64,000 nucleotides of DNA from Bacilli bacterium (GTDB lineage: Bacteria > Bacillota_I > Bacilli_A > RFN20 > UBA1709). Of the stretch, positions 13,523 through 23,972 are shown one piece after another (the first letter of the stretch is position 1; every line of letters begins with the position of its first letter). Where the stretch lies: the NCBI GenBank assembly GCA_050949315.1, contig JBMNFL010000001.1, forward strand, positions 96,001-160,000, written 5' to 3'. Made by a program: the position numbers and the translations under genes. Below the pieces are notes generated by a model. That model was not told where the DNA came from. It made no database searches and was given only the letters and a program-made list of their open reading frames with translations.

Positions 13523-16135
13523 ATGCGCAAGATGACAAGTACTGAAATTCGCAACACTTGGTTAAACTTTTGGGCCTCAAAAGGGCATATGATTGAACCA
13601 GGCGCTTCTTTAGTGCCGGTCAATGATCCAACATTACTATGGATTAATGCTGGAGTTGCGGCCTTAAAGAAATATTTTGATGGTTCATCTAAACCAAGTA
13701 GTAACAGAATTGCTAATGTTCAAAAGTGTTTACGAACTAATGATATTGATAATGTCGGTTTGACGGCGCGTCATCACACCTTTTTTGAGATGCTGGGGAA
13801 CTTTTCCATTGGCGATTATTTTCGTAAAGAAGCCATCGCTTGGGCTTATGAGTTATTGACTTCGGAAAAGTGGTTTGCTCTTGATAAGGATAAACTTTAT
13901 TTTACAGTTCATCCAGATGATCATGAGAGTAGAGAGTTTTGGTTAGCTCAAGGTGTTAAGGAAGATCATGTAATCAGCTGTGCAGGCAATTTCTGGGAAA
14001 TTGGTCCTGGACCTTGCGGCCCTGATAGCGAGGTTTTCTATGATCGCGGTGAGAAATACGATCCTAAAAAGCTTGGTCTTCGTTTGATAAGTGAAGAAAT
14101 TGAAAATGATCGTTATATTGAAATTTGGAACATCGTCTTTAGTCAATATAATTCTAAAGAAGGGCTTAAGCGTTCAGAATATCCCGAACTACCGCAGAAA
14201 AATATTGATACGGGAGCCGGTTTAGAGCGTTTTGCCTGTGTTTTACAAGGTACGGAAACTAATTTTGGAACCGATTTATTTTTACCAATTATCAAGAAAG
14301 TAGAAAAGTTTGCCAAATTAAAATATAATAAGAAAAATGAACTTTCCTATCATGTGATTGCCGATCATATTAGAACTTGCACCTTTGCTTTAGCCGATGG
14401 GGCCCTGTTTTCTAATGAGGGGCGTGGCTATGTTTTAAGGCGCTTGTTGAGAAGGGCGGTCCGCCATGCCAAAAATTTAGGTATTGAAGAAAACTTTATG
14501 GCTGAGTTATGCCCTGTCGTGGTGGAGATTATGCAAGAATCCTATCCATACTTAAAAGAACGCTTAGAACAGGTACAAAAATTGATTAAGGCGGAGGAAG
14601 AAAAGTTTGAGAAAACTCTTAATGCCGGGGAACAATTGTTGTTGAGTTATCTAGAAACTAAACCTGAAAGAATAAGTAAAGACGTAGCCTTTAAACTCTA
14701 TGATACTTATGGCTTTCCACTAGAATTAACCGAAGAAATCGCTAAGGAAAGAAAACTAGAAGTTGATAAGGAGGGCTTTAAAGAAGAGATGGCTAAACAG
14801 AAAGAAAGAGCAAGAAATGCTCGTCTTAAAGCTAGTTCCATGCATCTACAGTCTAAAGATTTATTAGAGTTTGTCACGCCCTCAGAGTTTATCTATGATG
14901 GCAAACCTATAAAAGCGAAAATTATCGCTTTGTTTAAGGATGGCAAACTGGTTGATAAATTGGTTGATAATGGTGAAGTTGTTTTTGATCGCACCATCTT
15001 TTATGCCGAAAGTGGTGGTGAGGTCGCTGATTCAGGTTATATCAAGGCCAGTGGTGGAGAAATACTAGTAGAGGCGGTTAATAAGGCGCCTAATCATCAA
15101 CATTTACACAGTGTTGACACTCAGGGCTGTGTGTTAAGTGTTGGTGAAGAAGTTGAACTAGAAATTGATATGTTAAAGCGGCAAAGAATCATGCGTAATC
15201 ACTCCGCCTGTCATTTGTTACAGAAGGCTTTACAAGAAGTACTTGGTTCACATGTTAGCCAAGCCGGTTCTTACGTTGATGATCAAAAACTCCGTTTTGA
15301 CTTTAATCACTATGAGAAAATAAGCAATGCACAACTAAGAAAAGTTGAAGAGCGGGTAAATGAGATTATTGATCAAGCTTTGATGTCGGATATTCGTTAT
15401 TTACCTATTGAAGAAGCCCAAAAAATGGGGGCGATGGCTTTATTTGGTGAGAAATATGGTTCAGTCGTTCGGGTGGTAAATTTTGGTGATTGGTCCATTG
15501 AACTGTGCGGTGGCTGTCATGTTCAAAATACTGCCGATATTGGCGTTTTTGCCATTGAATTTGAAGAGAGTATCAGTTCAGGGGTGAGGCGAATTCAGGC
15601 TGAAACAGGACTTGGAGCCTATCACTTGTTAAAGTCACGCGAGGATCTTTTACAAGAAGTAGCAAATAAACTAGAGGCCTCTTCACTACTAGAGGTCAAT
15701 GATCGTTTAGATGGTAAATTGCGTGAATTAAAAGAGAGTAAGGCGGAGATCGAAAAACTCGATCAAGAAATTGCCCACAATCTAGCAAGGGAATTAGAAA
15801 GTCAGGCTCTTTATCCTAAAGGCTATCCAGTGATTATCGGCCTTTTAGATGATGTTGATAAGAGCTTACCACTTAAAATTTTAGATTTGTTAAAATCTAG
15901 GCATTCGCAATATTTTATTTATTTGATAAATAAGAATGAAGAACGTTTGGCCCTGTTAGCCGCTTGTAGCCGTGACTTAGCTCGCCAAGGCTTGCATTGT
16001 GGCAAGATTATTCAAGCGACGGCCAAACTCTGTCAGGGTAATGGGGGAGGGCGGCCTGAAATGGCCCAAGCCGGTGGCAAAGATATCAGTAAAGTTGACG
16101 AGATTATTGATTATGTAAAGGAACTTTTTAAGTAA
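13523..16135 (+). CDS. alaS: Alanine--tRNA ligase
   Basis: DPTLLWINAG, RHHTFFEMLGNFS, HSACHLL, ELCGGCH, GGGRPEMAQAGG; start could alternatively be 13514. Confidence 0.98.
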   Translation: MRKMTSTEIRNTWLNFWASKGHMIEPGASLVPVNDPTLLWINAGVAALKKYFDGSSKPSSNRIANVQKCLRTNDIDNVGLTARHHTFFEMLGNFSIGDYFRKEAIAWAYELLTSEKWFALDKDKLYFTVHPDDHESREFWLAQGVKEDHVISCAGNFWEIGPGPCGPDSEVFYDRGEKYDPKKLGLRLISEEIENDRYIEIWNIVFSQYNSKEGLKRSEYPELPQKNIDTGAGLERFACVLQGTETNFGTDLFLPIIKKVEKFAKLKYNKKNELSYHVIADHIRTCTFALADGALFSNEGRGYVLRRLLRRAVRHAKNLGIEENFMAELCPVVVEIMQESYPYLKERLEQVQKLIKAEEEKFEKTLNAGEQLLLSYLETKPERISKDVAFKLYDTYGFPLELTEEIAKERKLEVDKEGFKEEMAKQKERARNARLKASSMHLQSKDLLEFVTPSEFIYDGKPIKAKIIALFKDGKLVDKLVDNGEVVFDRTIFYAESGGEVADSGYIKASGGEILVEAVNKAPNHQHLHSVDTQGCVLSVGEEVELEIDMLKRQRIMRNHSACHLLQKALQEVLGSHVSQAGSYVDDQKLRFDFNHYEKISNAQLRKVEERVNEIIDQALMSDIRYLPIEEAQKMGAMALFGEKYGSVVRVVNFGDWSIELCGGCHVQNTADIGVFAIEFEESISSGVRRIQAETGLGAYHLLKSREDLLQEVANKLEASSLLEVNDRLDGKLRELKESKAEIEKLDQEIAHNLARELESQALYPKGYPVIIGLLDDVDKSLPLKILDLLKSRHSQYFIYLINKNEERLALLAACSRDLARQGLHCGKIIQATAKLCQGNGGGRPEMAQAGGKDISKVDEIIDYVKELFK

Positions 16136-16566
16136 TGCGCATTTTAGGTTTGGATTTAGGGACAAAAACCTTAGGGATCGCTATTTCCGATGAGCGAGAG
16201 ATTATCGCAACCGGTTTAGAGAATTTTGAATTTAAACCTTTTGACTTTAAAGCCGCTTACCAGCGGGTCCAAGAGATAGTAGAACTTTATAAAGTCCAAG
16301 AGATTGTCATCGGTTTACCCTATCATTTGCATGGAGAACAGAGCAAAGGGGTTGAGATGGTCCTGCGCTTTAAGGCCCAGTTAGAAGAAGAACTTAAGTT
16401 GCCAGTTGTCACTTTTGATGAACGCTGGACTACTAAAATCGCTACTTCCTATCTTTTGGAAGCGGATGTTTCGCGCAAGAAACGTAAAAAAGTTATTGAT
16501 AAATTAGCGGCAGTGGTTATTCTCCAAGATTATTTAGATCGAAAGGGGCGAAAAAAAGATGGTTGA
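16135..16566 (+). CDS. ruvX: Holliday junction resolvase-like / pre-16S rRNA nuclease YqgF
   Basis: LGLDLGTKTLGIA, DERWTT, IDKLAAVVILQ. Confidence 0.95.
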   Translation: MRILGLDLGTKTLGIAISDEREIIATGLENFEFKPFDFKAAYQRVQEIVELYKVQEIVIGLPYHLHGEQSKGVEMVLRFKAQLEEELKLPVVTFDERWTTKIATSYLLEADVSRKKRKKVIDKLAAVVILQDYLDRKGRKKDG

Positions 16567-16828
16567 TGAAGAACGTAAACTAACAGTCGTATTAGATGAC
16601 GGCAGTGAAAAGGACATGGAAATCATTTTAACTTTTAGGGAAAATGGTAAAGACTATGTCGTTTATTACGATCCAGACGATCCTAACGAAGAGACAGATA
16701 TTTATGTAGCGACTTATGATGATGAATGGAATCTATACCCTTTAGAAAGTGAAGAAGAGTGGGATATGGTTGAAGAAGTTATCAACGCTTATTTTGATGA
16801 AATTCAAGATAAAGAGAGCGATCTTTAA
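16559..16828 (+). CDS. DUF1292 family acidic protein (YrzB-like)
   Basis: Acidic 89 aa protein, LESEEEWDMVEEV motif, follows ruvX. Confidence 0.85.
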   Translation: MVDEERKLTVVLDDGSEKDMEIILTFRENGKDYVVYYDPDDPNEETDIYVATYDDEWNLYPLESEEEWDMVEEVINAYFDEIQDKESDL

Positions 16829-17017
16829 ATAGTGTTTATTCAGGGGTTCGGTCAAGATATACCAAATTGTTGAACCTTTGAAGTGTGCTGTTATTTTAAT
16901 TATTCCTTGTGGCGATTGAAACCCAATTGTTATTGATTTTATTTCCACAAAAATTTGTAGTATTATTGGCAAGAAAATGCTATAATCTACAAGGTCAAGA
17001 GAAATGAGGTTGTTTAG

Positions 17018-17488
17018 ATGGATAAAGAATTTATATTGACTAAAGAAGGGGTTGAACAACTCCAAGACGAATTAAAGAGACTTAAAGAGGTTGAACGGGC
17101 CGAAGTTGTTCAGCAATTAAGAGAGGCCCGTGCCCAGGGCGATTTATCCGAAAATGCTGAATATGATGCCGCTAGGAATAAGCAGGCGCAAATTGAGGGC
17201 CGGATTATTGAACTCGAAAATATGCTTTCTAATGCCCGCATTATTCATCCTAAAAATGGCGGAGTTAGAGTTGTGCGTTTAGGGGCGACGGTTGTCATTA
17301 AAAACCATAAGACGGGTAAAGAAAGTGAGTTTATCATTGTTGGTTCAGTGGAAGCCGATCCACGGCAGGGTAAAATTTCCAATGAATCTGCTTTAGCTAA
17401 GGCCATTTTAAATCACGGTCAGAACGAAACGGTAACCGTCAAAGCGGTTGAGCCTTATGAAGTTACAATCTTGAGTATTAAAAGATAA
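17018..17488 (+). CDS. greA: Transcription elongation factor GreA
   Basis: ARAQGDLSENAEYDAA, IVGSVEADP..GKISNES. Confidence 0.98.
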   Translation: MDKEFILTKEGVEQLQDELKRLKEVERAEVVQQLREARAQGDLSENAEYDAARNKQAQIEGRIIELENMLSNARIIHPKNGGVRVVRLGATVVIKNHKTGKESEFIIVGSVEADPRQGKISNESALAKAILNHGQNETVTVKAVEPYEVTILSIKR

Positions 17489-17514
17489 ATTTATAATAAA
17501 TAGGACTAATAAAT

Positions 17515-17540
17515 AGAACGCTGAGCGTTCTTTTTATTTT
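17515..17540 (+). terminator. Rho-independent terminator after greA
   Basis: AGAACGC-TGA-GCGTTCT plus T run. Confidence 0.8.
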
Positions 17541-17588
17541 TTAGGAATCTTTTTAGTTTATCTCTATGTTATTAATAGAGGTGATAAT

Positions 17589-18197
17589 ATGAAAACAATT
17601 TTTGTGGTAGTTGCTCTGACGGTCATTTTTATAATCGGTATGGTCGCTATTGAGAAAAATCGAACTCAGGGTCTAAATGAGGTTGAAATTTCTTATCAAC
17701 AGGCCTTAAAAGATTTAGAAATTGAAGATCGAAGGGCTACAGATGAGGAAAAGAGCAAGGAAACTGAAGAAGGTAGAGAGAAAAGTCAAGAAGAAAGTAA
17801 AGAGGAAAGCAAATTAGAAATTCAAGCCTCTATTAGTGGTGCTGTTAAAAAAGAGGGCACATACACTCTGACTGAAGATTCTTGTCTAGCAGATTTATTG
17901 GAGTTAGCTGGCGGCTTAAAAAAAGATGCTGATGAAAGTTGCTTTAATCTTGATTATCTTGTCCAAGACGACGATGATATTTATATTTCCAGTGTTAATT
18001 CCTTTGAAAAGATTTCTATCAATGAGGCGGATGCAAAAGAGTTAGATGAGTTGCCGACCATAGGAGCTACTTTAGCTAATCGGATTATTGAATATAGGGA
18101 GCAAAATGGTGACTTCACCTGTTTAGAACAGATTAAAAATGTCGAGGGTATCGGCGACAGTAAATTTGAAAAACTAAAAGATCGCATTTGCTTATGA
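17589..18197 (+). CDS. comEA: Competence DNA receptor ComEA
   Basis: N-terminal TM, SLBB (ISGAVKKEG), C-terminal HhH (ISINEA..EL..LPTIG...A.RII.YR..NG.F). Confidence 0.92.
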   Translation: MKTIFVVVALTVIFIIGMVAIEKNRTQGLNEVEISYQQALKDLEIEDRRATDEEKSKETEEGREKSQEESKEESKLEIQASISGAVKKEGTYTLTEDSCLADLLELAGGLKKDADESCFNLDYLVQDDDDIYISSVNSFEKISINEADAKELDELPTIGATLANRIIEYREQNGDFTCLEQIKNVEGIGDSKFEKLKDRICL

Positions 18198-20215
18198 GCG
18201 AGGGGCTCTTTTTAGCACTAGCAGCGGGAATTTTAACCATCACCTTGAAGGCTAATTTCAATATTATTAGCCTTTTTTTGCTTGCTTTAATTTTACTATA
18301 TGCTTTATTTAAGAAACGTAAACTCTTACCACTGATTAGTTTGTTTATCTTGTTTTTCGCCCTTGTCTCCACTTTTGAAGTAGCATCTATCCCTCAAAAT
18401 TTAAAAGGGGATTTTAAAGTTTACGCGGTGCAGGAAAAATATTACTTACTTAAAGGTTTTAATCAGAAATTTGTTTGTTATAGTAAGGAGAAATTTAATT
18501 ATGGCAGCACAATTAGACTTGAGGGGAAAACAAAAAGTTTATCTGTTAAAAGGAGCTCATCTACTAGTAGTTTTAATGATTATCTTGCTAGTCAAGGCGT
18601 AAATTATGAGTTAGAAATAATAAATTATAAACTTTTAAATAAGGGGGATAACTTGCGTCCTAAGATAAAAAGTTTTCTAACTAGCAATCTAAGTGAAGAT
18701 TCAAGCAAGATGATTAGTCTTTTGTTACTGGGTGATAAAAAAGATCTGACTGATTTTTATAATAATTTAGTTGATTTGTCTATTGTTCAACTCTTTGTTA
18801 TCTCCGGCTTTCATTTAAATATTCTAAGTGCTTTATTTGAAAAGGCTTTCTATAAAAAAACGAAGTTACTCCTTTTTACACCTCTACTTTTGCTTCCCTA
18901 TCTTTGGTTGTTAAATTTTACTATTCCCGTGCTACGAGCCTTTCTTTTTTTAAGTCTGTGGCGCTTAATTAAATATTTTAATATCAATTGTAGTCGTCTG
19001 AGTTTACTGCTTTTAATTGCCACGGCTTTTTTGGTTTTTGACTACCATTTGATCTATAACCTTTCTTTTCAATTGAGTTTTAGTGTTTGTTTAATGATTG
19101 AACTTTTAAATTTAAATTCTCGCAGGACTTTAACTTTTAAATATCTAATTCGTCCCTTGCTTTTGCAGTTAGCAATTTGGCCTTTGTTAATGCGCATCAA
19201 TTATCAAGTAGCACCGCTGGCCTTTATTACCAATATTTTAATGACTTTACCTATTTCTCTACTTTATGTACTTTCTTTATTAACCTCAGTTTTTAAATTC
19301 TTGGATGCCATTTATTTTCCTTTTGTAAAAGGGATTATCAGCATTATTGAAGGGCTTACCAAAGTTAGTCCTGTTTTGATAACAGGTAGGCCGTATCCAC
19401 TGCTGGTTTTACTCTTCTATTTTACTCTTGCCCTTTTCCTTTATTTTTATAGTATAAATTATCATAAAAGGACTACTGTTTGCTTTGTTTTGCTTTTACT
19501 TACGATGACTTTGAACTGCTTTTATTATGATATTTTTAGTGTTGATCGGGTAGTCTTTTTAGATGTTGGGCAGGGTGATGCCACTCTTATTTGCAGTCGT
19601 CATAATAAAACAAAAGTCTTGATTGATACTGGTGGAAGTCTTTATTATGATGTTGCCAAAACGCGTTTAATTCCCTATTTGAAAGCTAATGGAATTAGGA
19701 GTTTAGATTTAGTGATAATAAGTCATCATGATGTTGATCACGATGGGGCATTAACATCTTTAATGGCTAGGTATCAAGTCAAGAAGACTTGTTATGGACC
19801 GGCGCATGAACATATTCGTTGTGACGAACTCCTTTTCAAGAATTTAAATCAATTTTATTCAAGTACCAGCCCTGATAATGAGAAGAGTGCGGTTCTTTAT
19901 TTTAAACACGCCGATCAAAACTTTTTAATAATGGGTGATGCTCCTATTAAGATTGAACATAAAATTTGTGAGAATTATAGTCTAGAGATTGATGTTTTAA
20001 GAATAGGTCATCACGGTAGTAAAACTTCCTCTTCAAAGGAGTTTTTAACAGTTTTAAAACCGAAAATTGCCATTATAAGTGTTGGTGTCAATTACTATGG
20101 TCATCCACATGCCGACTGTTTAAATAATTTAAGAAAAGCCCAAATTCCTTATTATCGAACTGATCAGGTGGGAAATATATTGATATCTAGCAAAGGAATG
20201 CAACTTAGAGTATAA
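18194..20215 (+). CDS. comEC: Competence DNA channel ComEC/Rec2
   Basis: LFVISGFH, SFQLSF, MBL domain FLDVGQGD, SHHDVDHDG, GHHGS. Confidence 0.93.
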   Translation: MSEGLFLALAAGILTITLKANFNIISLFLLALILLYALFKKRKLLPLISLFILFFALVSTFEVASIPQNLKGDFKVYAVQEKYYLLKGFNQKFVCYSKEKFNYGSTIRLEGKTKSLSVKRSSSTSSFNDYLASQGVNYELEIINYKLLNKGDNLRPKIKSFLTSNLSEDSSKMISLLLLGDKKDLTDFYNNLVDLSIVQLFVISGFHLNILSALFEKAFYKKTKLLLFTPLLLLPYLWLLNFTIPVLRAFLFLSLWRLIKYFNINCSRLSLLLLIATAFLVFDYHLIYNLSFQLSFSVCLMIELLNLNSRRTLTFKYLIRPLLLQLAIWPLLMRINYQVAPLAFITNILMTLPISLLYVLSLLTSVFKFLDAIYFPFVKGIISIIEGLTKVSPVLITGRPYPLLVLLFYFTLALFLYFYSINYHKRTTVCFVLLLLTMTLNCFYYDIFSVDRVVFLDVGQGDATLICSRHNKTKVLIDTGGSLYYDVAKTRLIPYLKANGIRSLDLVIISHHDVDHDGALTSLMARYQVKKTCYGPAHEHIRCDELLFKNLNQFYSSTSPDNEKSAVLYFKHADQNFLIMGDAPIKIEHKICENYSLEIDVLRIGHHGSKTSSSKEFLTVLKPKIAIISVGVNYYGHPHADCLNNLRKAQIPYYRTDQVGNILISSKGMQLRV

Positions 20216-20234
20216 TTATCACCGAGGTGATAAG

Positions 20235-21197
20235 GTGATTTATTTAATCCACGGGAGCCAAGAAGCGGTAATTGATCAAGAGGTTAAGAGAATAGTTAAC
20301 GAGAACCTGAAAGTTATTGATGATTTTTCCTTAATTCGTTTTGATTTGACTGCGACGCTTTTACAAGATGTCATCAGTGATGCGGAAACCATGCCTTTTG
20401 GTTTAGAAAAAAAAGTCATCGTCGTTAAGAATAGTTATATTTTCACCACTAATATCCTTAAAAAAGATAAATTAGAACACGACCCAAATAGTCTTATAGA
20501 TTATCTTGAACACGAAAATCCTGCCACCATTTTGATTTTTACCGTTTGCGCTGATCGGCTTGATAATCGCTCAAAATTAGTAGAGGCGCTTAAGGGAAAG
20601 GCTGAAATTAAAAAAACAGCCGACGTTAGCAAAGAAGATTGGCCAACGGTCATTCAAAAGTTGGCTAATAAGCGGGAGCTTAAATTTGAGAATAAAGCAT
20701 TAGAGGAGTTTATTAAAAGAACCCAAGGTGATATTAACACAGTCGTCAATGAATTAGAAAAACTTAAGACCTATGGTGGTCGGATAAGTTTAGAAGTTGT
20801 AGAAAGTTTAGTGGCCAGACCTTTAGAAGATAAAATGTTTGGTATGGTTGATGCTCTTTTAGCAAATCGTCCTGAACAAGCCACCGCTATCTATGATGAT
20901 TTAAGATGTCAAAATACCGACCCCGCCCAACTTGTTACGGCTTTGGCTAACCAATTTCGTTTTCTTTATAAAGTTCTCTATCTCAACGAGTCTGGTTTAA
21001 ATGTCAAGGAAATAGTGAAGGAATTAAATGTTGTCAACCCCTATCGTGTCAATATTTCGCTTAGAAAAACCAGAAACAAAACCAGCGTGGATATTTTAAA
21101 AATATTGGCGGAATTGGCTGAAATAGATTATCACACCAAAACAGGACAAGTCGATCGCTTTCAGGCTTTAGAATTGTTTTTGGTCAAGGAGCATTAA
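20235..21197 (+). CDS. holA: DNA polymerase III delta subunit
   Basis: ETMPFG..KKVIVV, NELEKL, follows comEC. Confidence 0.92.
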   Translation: MIYLIHGSQEAVIDQEVKRIVNENLKVIDDFSLIRFDLTATLLQDVISDAETMPFGLEKKVIVVKNSYIFTTNILKKDKLEHDPNSLIDYLEHENPATILIFTVCADRLDNRSKLVEALKGKAEIKKTADVSKEDWPTVIQKLANKRELKFENKALEEFIKRTQGDINTVVNELEKLKTYGGRISLEVVESLVARPLEDKMFGMVDALLANRPEQATAIYDDLRCQNTDPAQLVTALANQFRFLYKVLYLNESGLNVKEIVKELNVVNPYRVNISLRKTRNKTSVDILKILAELAEIDYHTKTGQVDRFQALELFLVKEH

Positions 21198-21209
21198 GGA
21201 GGGAAATGT

Positions 21210-22160
21210 ATGGAAAAAGTCCGGATTATTTTTATGGGGACACCGAAGTTTGCTACTACGGTTTTTCAAGGACTCATTGATGCTAATTATCAAATAATAG
21301 CCTTAATTTCGCAGCCTGATCGCCCAGTAGGTCGCAAGCAAATAGTAAAGCCAACGCCGACTAAAGCGATAGCGCTGGCTAATAATATTCCTGTGTATCA
21401 GCCAGAAAAGATTCGTCATGACTACGCCTTTGTTAAAGACTTAAAACCCGATTTAATTGTCACCTGTGCTTATGGTCAAATAATACCTCAAGCTCTTTTA
21501 GATATTCCGCGTTTGGGTTGTATCAATGTTCATGCTTCTTTACTGCCAAAGTTAAGGGGTGGGGCACCAATCCAACGCGCCATTATGGAAGGTTTAGACA
21601 AAACTGGTGTCACCATCATGGAAATGATTGATAAGATGGATGCTGGTAAAATGTATCTACAGGCCGAAACGCCGATAAATGATGATGACGATTATGCCAG
21701 TTTAGCAGCCCGTTTGGAAGTTCTTGGCCGCGATTTACTATTAAAATTTTTACCTTTGTACTTAGAAGGGAAAATTCAAGGTAAAGTACAGAACGAAGAA
21801 GAGGTTACTTTTGCTTGGAATATAAAAAAAGAAGAGGAAGAGATTGATTGGCGTAAAGATGCGCGAACTATCTTTAACCATATTCGAGCTTTGTCCCCTA
21901 AGCCTGGGGCTTATAGTTTGTTAAATGGTGATATCTTCAAGATATATCAATCAGAAGTAGTGGAGAATGAAAGTTTAAATAACCCGGGATCAATTTTAAA
22001 GTGCCACAAGGAACTTGTTGTCGCCTGTGGTAAGGGGAGTTTACGCTTATTAGAAGTTCAACCAGCTGGTAAGAAAAGCATGACGGCTAGCCAGTATGTC
22101 AATGGTTTTAAGCGCCAGTTAGAAAATAATAGATTTAGACGAGTTGAGGAAAAAGTATGA
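21210..22160 (+). CDS. fmt: Methionyl-tRNA formyltransferase
   Basis: [34 protein letters not shown]. Confidence 0.97.
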   Translation: MEKVRIIFMGTPKFATTVFQGLIDANYQIIALISQPDRPVGRKQIVKPTPTKAIALANNIPVYQPEKIRHDYAFVKDLKPDLIVTCAYGQIIPQALLDIPRLGCINVHASLLPKLRGGAPIQRAIMEGLDKTGVTIMEMIDKMDAGKMYLQAETPINDDDDYASLAARLEVLGRDLLLKFLPLYLEGKIQGKVQNEEEVTFAWNIKKEEEEIDWRKDARTIFNHIRALSPKPGAYSLLNGDIFKIYQSEVVENESLNNPGSILKCHKELVVACGKGSLRLLEVQPAGKKSMTASQYVNGFKRQLENNRFRRVEEKV

Positions 22161-23971
22161 GTTTTGATCAGAGTAAAATCCGCAATTTTTCTATCATCGC
22201 CCATATCGATCACGGTAAATCAACGCTGGCTGATCGTCTTTTAGAGTTGACAGGAACTATTGAAAAACGTTCGATGAAGTCACAACATTTAGACTCCATG
22301 GATTTAGAGCGGGAACGGGGGATAACCATTAAATTAAATGCGGTCCAGTTGCGCTATCAAGCAAAAGATGGACAGGATTATATTTTTAATTTAATTGATA
22401 CTCCAGGACATGTTGACTTTACTTATGAGGTTTCTCGTTCCTTAGCCGCCTGTGAAGGCGCTTTGCTGGTGGTTGATGCCACTCAAGGAGTTGAAGCTCA
22501 AACCTTGGCCAATCTTTATTTGGCTTTAGATAATGATTTAGAAATTTTACCAATTATCAACAAGATTGATCTACCGAGTGCTAATGTTGAATTAGTAAAG
22601 AAAGAAATTGAAAATGATATTGGTTTACCCTGTGACTATGCCCCAGCAGTAAGTGCTAAAACCGGTGAAAATGTCGAGTCAATTTTAGAGGCGATTATTC
22701 AGCATATCCCAGCTCCTAAAGGTGATGTGCATGCCCCTTTAAAAGCTTTGATTTTTGATTCTTACTACGATTCTTATCGGGGCGTGATCTTATTTATTAG
22801 AATAAAAGAAGGCGAAGTTAAACTTGGCGATAAAATTTTATTAATGGCTGATAATGCTAGCTATGAAGTTTTAGAACTAGGGATTCGTAATCCCAAAGAA
22901 GTAAAGACGACATCTTTAAAAGCGGGGGAAGTTGGTTATTTAGCGGCTGGTATCAAAAACATTAAGGATGTTGAAGTTGGAGATACTATAACTTTAGCGA
23001 ATAGACCAGCAAAAGAACGTCTAGCTGGTTATCGTAAATTAAATCCCATGGTTTACTGTGGCTTGTTTCCCGTTGATAACGACCGTTACAGCGATTTAAA
23101 AGAAGCACTTGAAAAGTTGAGTTTAAATGATTCTTCCTTAGTATATGAAGCAGAAACTTCCCAAGCCTTGGGCTTTGGTTTCCGTTGTGGCTTTCTAGGA
23201 CTTTTACATATGGATGTCGTTCAGGAACGCTTAGAACGTGAATATAATTTAAATCTGATTGCAACGGCACCTTCAGTTATTTATCATGTTCATATGACTA
23301 ATGGGGAGATTATCAAACTTGATAACCCTGCCAAAATGCCGGATATGTCTAAGGTTGATCATCTAGAAGAGCCCTTTGTGCGGGCGACGATTATGACACC
23401 TCCAGATTATATCGGGCCTTTGATGGAACTTTGTCAAAATAAACGTGGTGTTTTTGTCAATATGGATTATTTGGATGCGAATCGCAACGCTTTGATTTAC
23501 GATATTCCTTTAGCAGAAGTTATTTTCAATTTCTTTGATAATTTAAAGTCAGTTAGTCGTGGTTATGCCTCCTTAGATTATGAACTCAAGGGTTATTTTG
23601 CTTCCAATTTAGTCAAGATGGATATTCTTTTAAATGGGGAAGCAATTGATGCCTTAGCTATCATTGTGCACCGCGAATCCGCTTTTAATCGAGGTCAAAA
23701 AATCACTTCTAAATTAAAGAAAATCATCCCGCGCCAGCAGTTTGAAATTCCCGTTCAAGCAGCGATTGGTGGCAAGGTTATTGCAAGAACAAATATCAAG
23801 TCCGTGCGGAAGGATGTTTTAGCCAAGTGTTATGGTGGGGATATTAGTCGGAAAAAGAAATTATTAGAAAAACAAAAAGAAGGTAAAAAACGGATGAAGG
23901 CGATTGGCAGTGTCGAAGTACCGCAGGAAGCTTTTATGGCCGTTTTGAATATGAATGATGAGGGGGATTAA
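22157..23971 (+). CDS. lepA: Translation elongation factor 4 LepA
   Basis: [41 protein letters not shown]. Confidence 0.99.
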   Translation: MSFDQSKIRNFSIIAHIDHGKSTLADRLLELTGTIEKRSMKSQHLDSMDLERERGITIKLNAVQLRYQAKDGQDYIFNLIDTPGHVDFTYEVSRSLAACEGALLVVDATQGVEAQTLANLYLALDNDLEILPIINKIDLPSANVELVKKEIENDIGLPCDYAPAVSAKTGENVESILEAIIQHIPAPKGDVHAPLKALIFDSYYDSYRGVILFIRIKEGEVKLGDKILLMADNASYEVLELGIRNPKEVKTTSLKAGEVGYLAAGIKNIKDVEVGDTITLANRPAKERLAGYRKLNPMVYCGLFPVDNDRYSDLKEALEKLSLNDSSLVYEAETSQALGFGFRCGFLGLLHMDVVQERLEREYNLNLIATAPSVIYHVHMTNGEIIKLDNPAKMPDMSKVDHLEEPFVRATIMTPPDYIGPLMELCQNKRGVFVNMDYLDANRNALIYDIPLAEVIFNFFDNLKSVSRGYASLDYELKGYFASNLVKMDILLNGEAIDALAIIVHRESAFNRGQKITSKLKKIIPRQQFEIPVQAAIGGKVIARTNIKSVRKDVLAKCYGGDISRKKKLLEKQKEGKKRMKAIGSVEVPQEAFMAVLNMNDEGD

Positions 23972-23972
23972 G

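Noticed and set aside
16742-17065. 107 aa minus-strand ORF
   Set aside because: Overlaps DUF1292 and greA antisense; no RBS or motif seen
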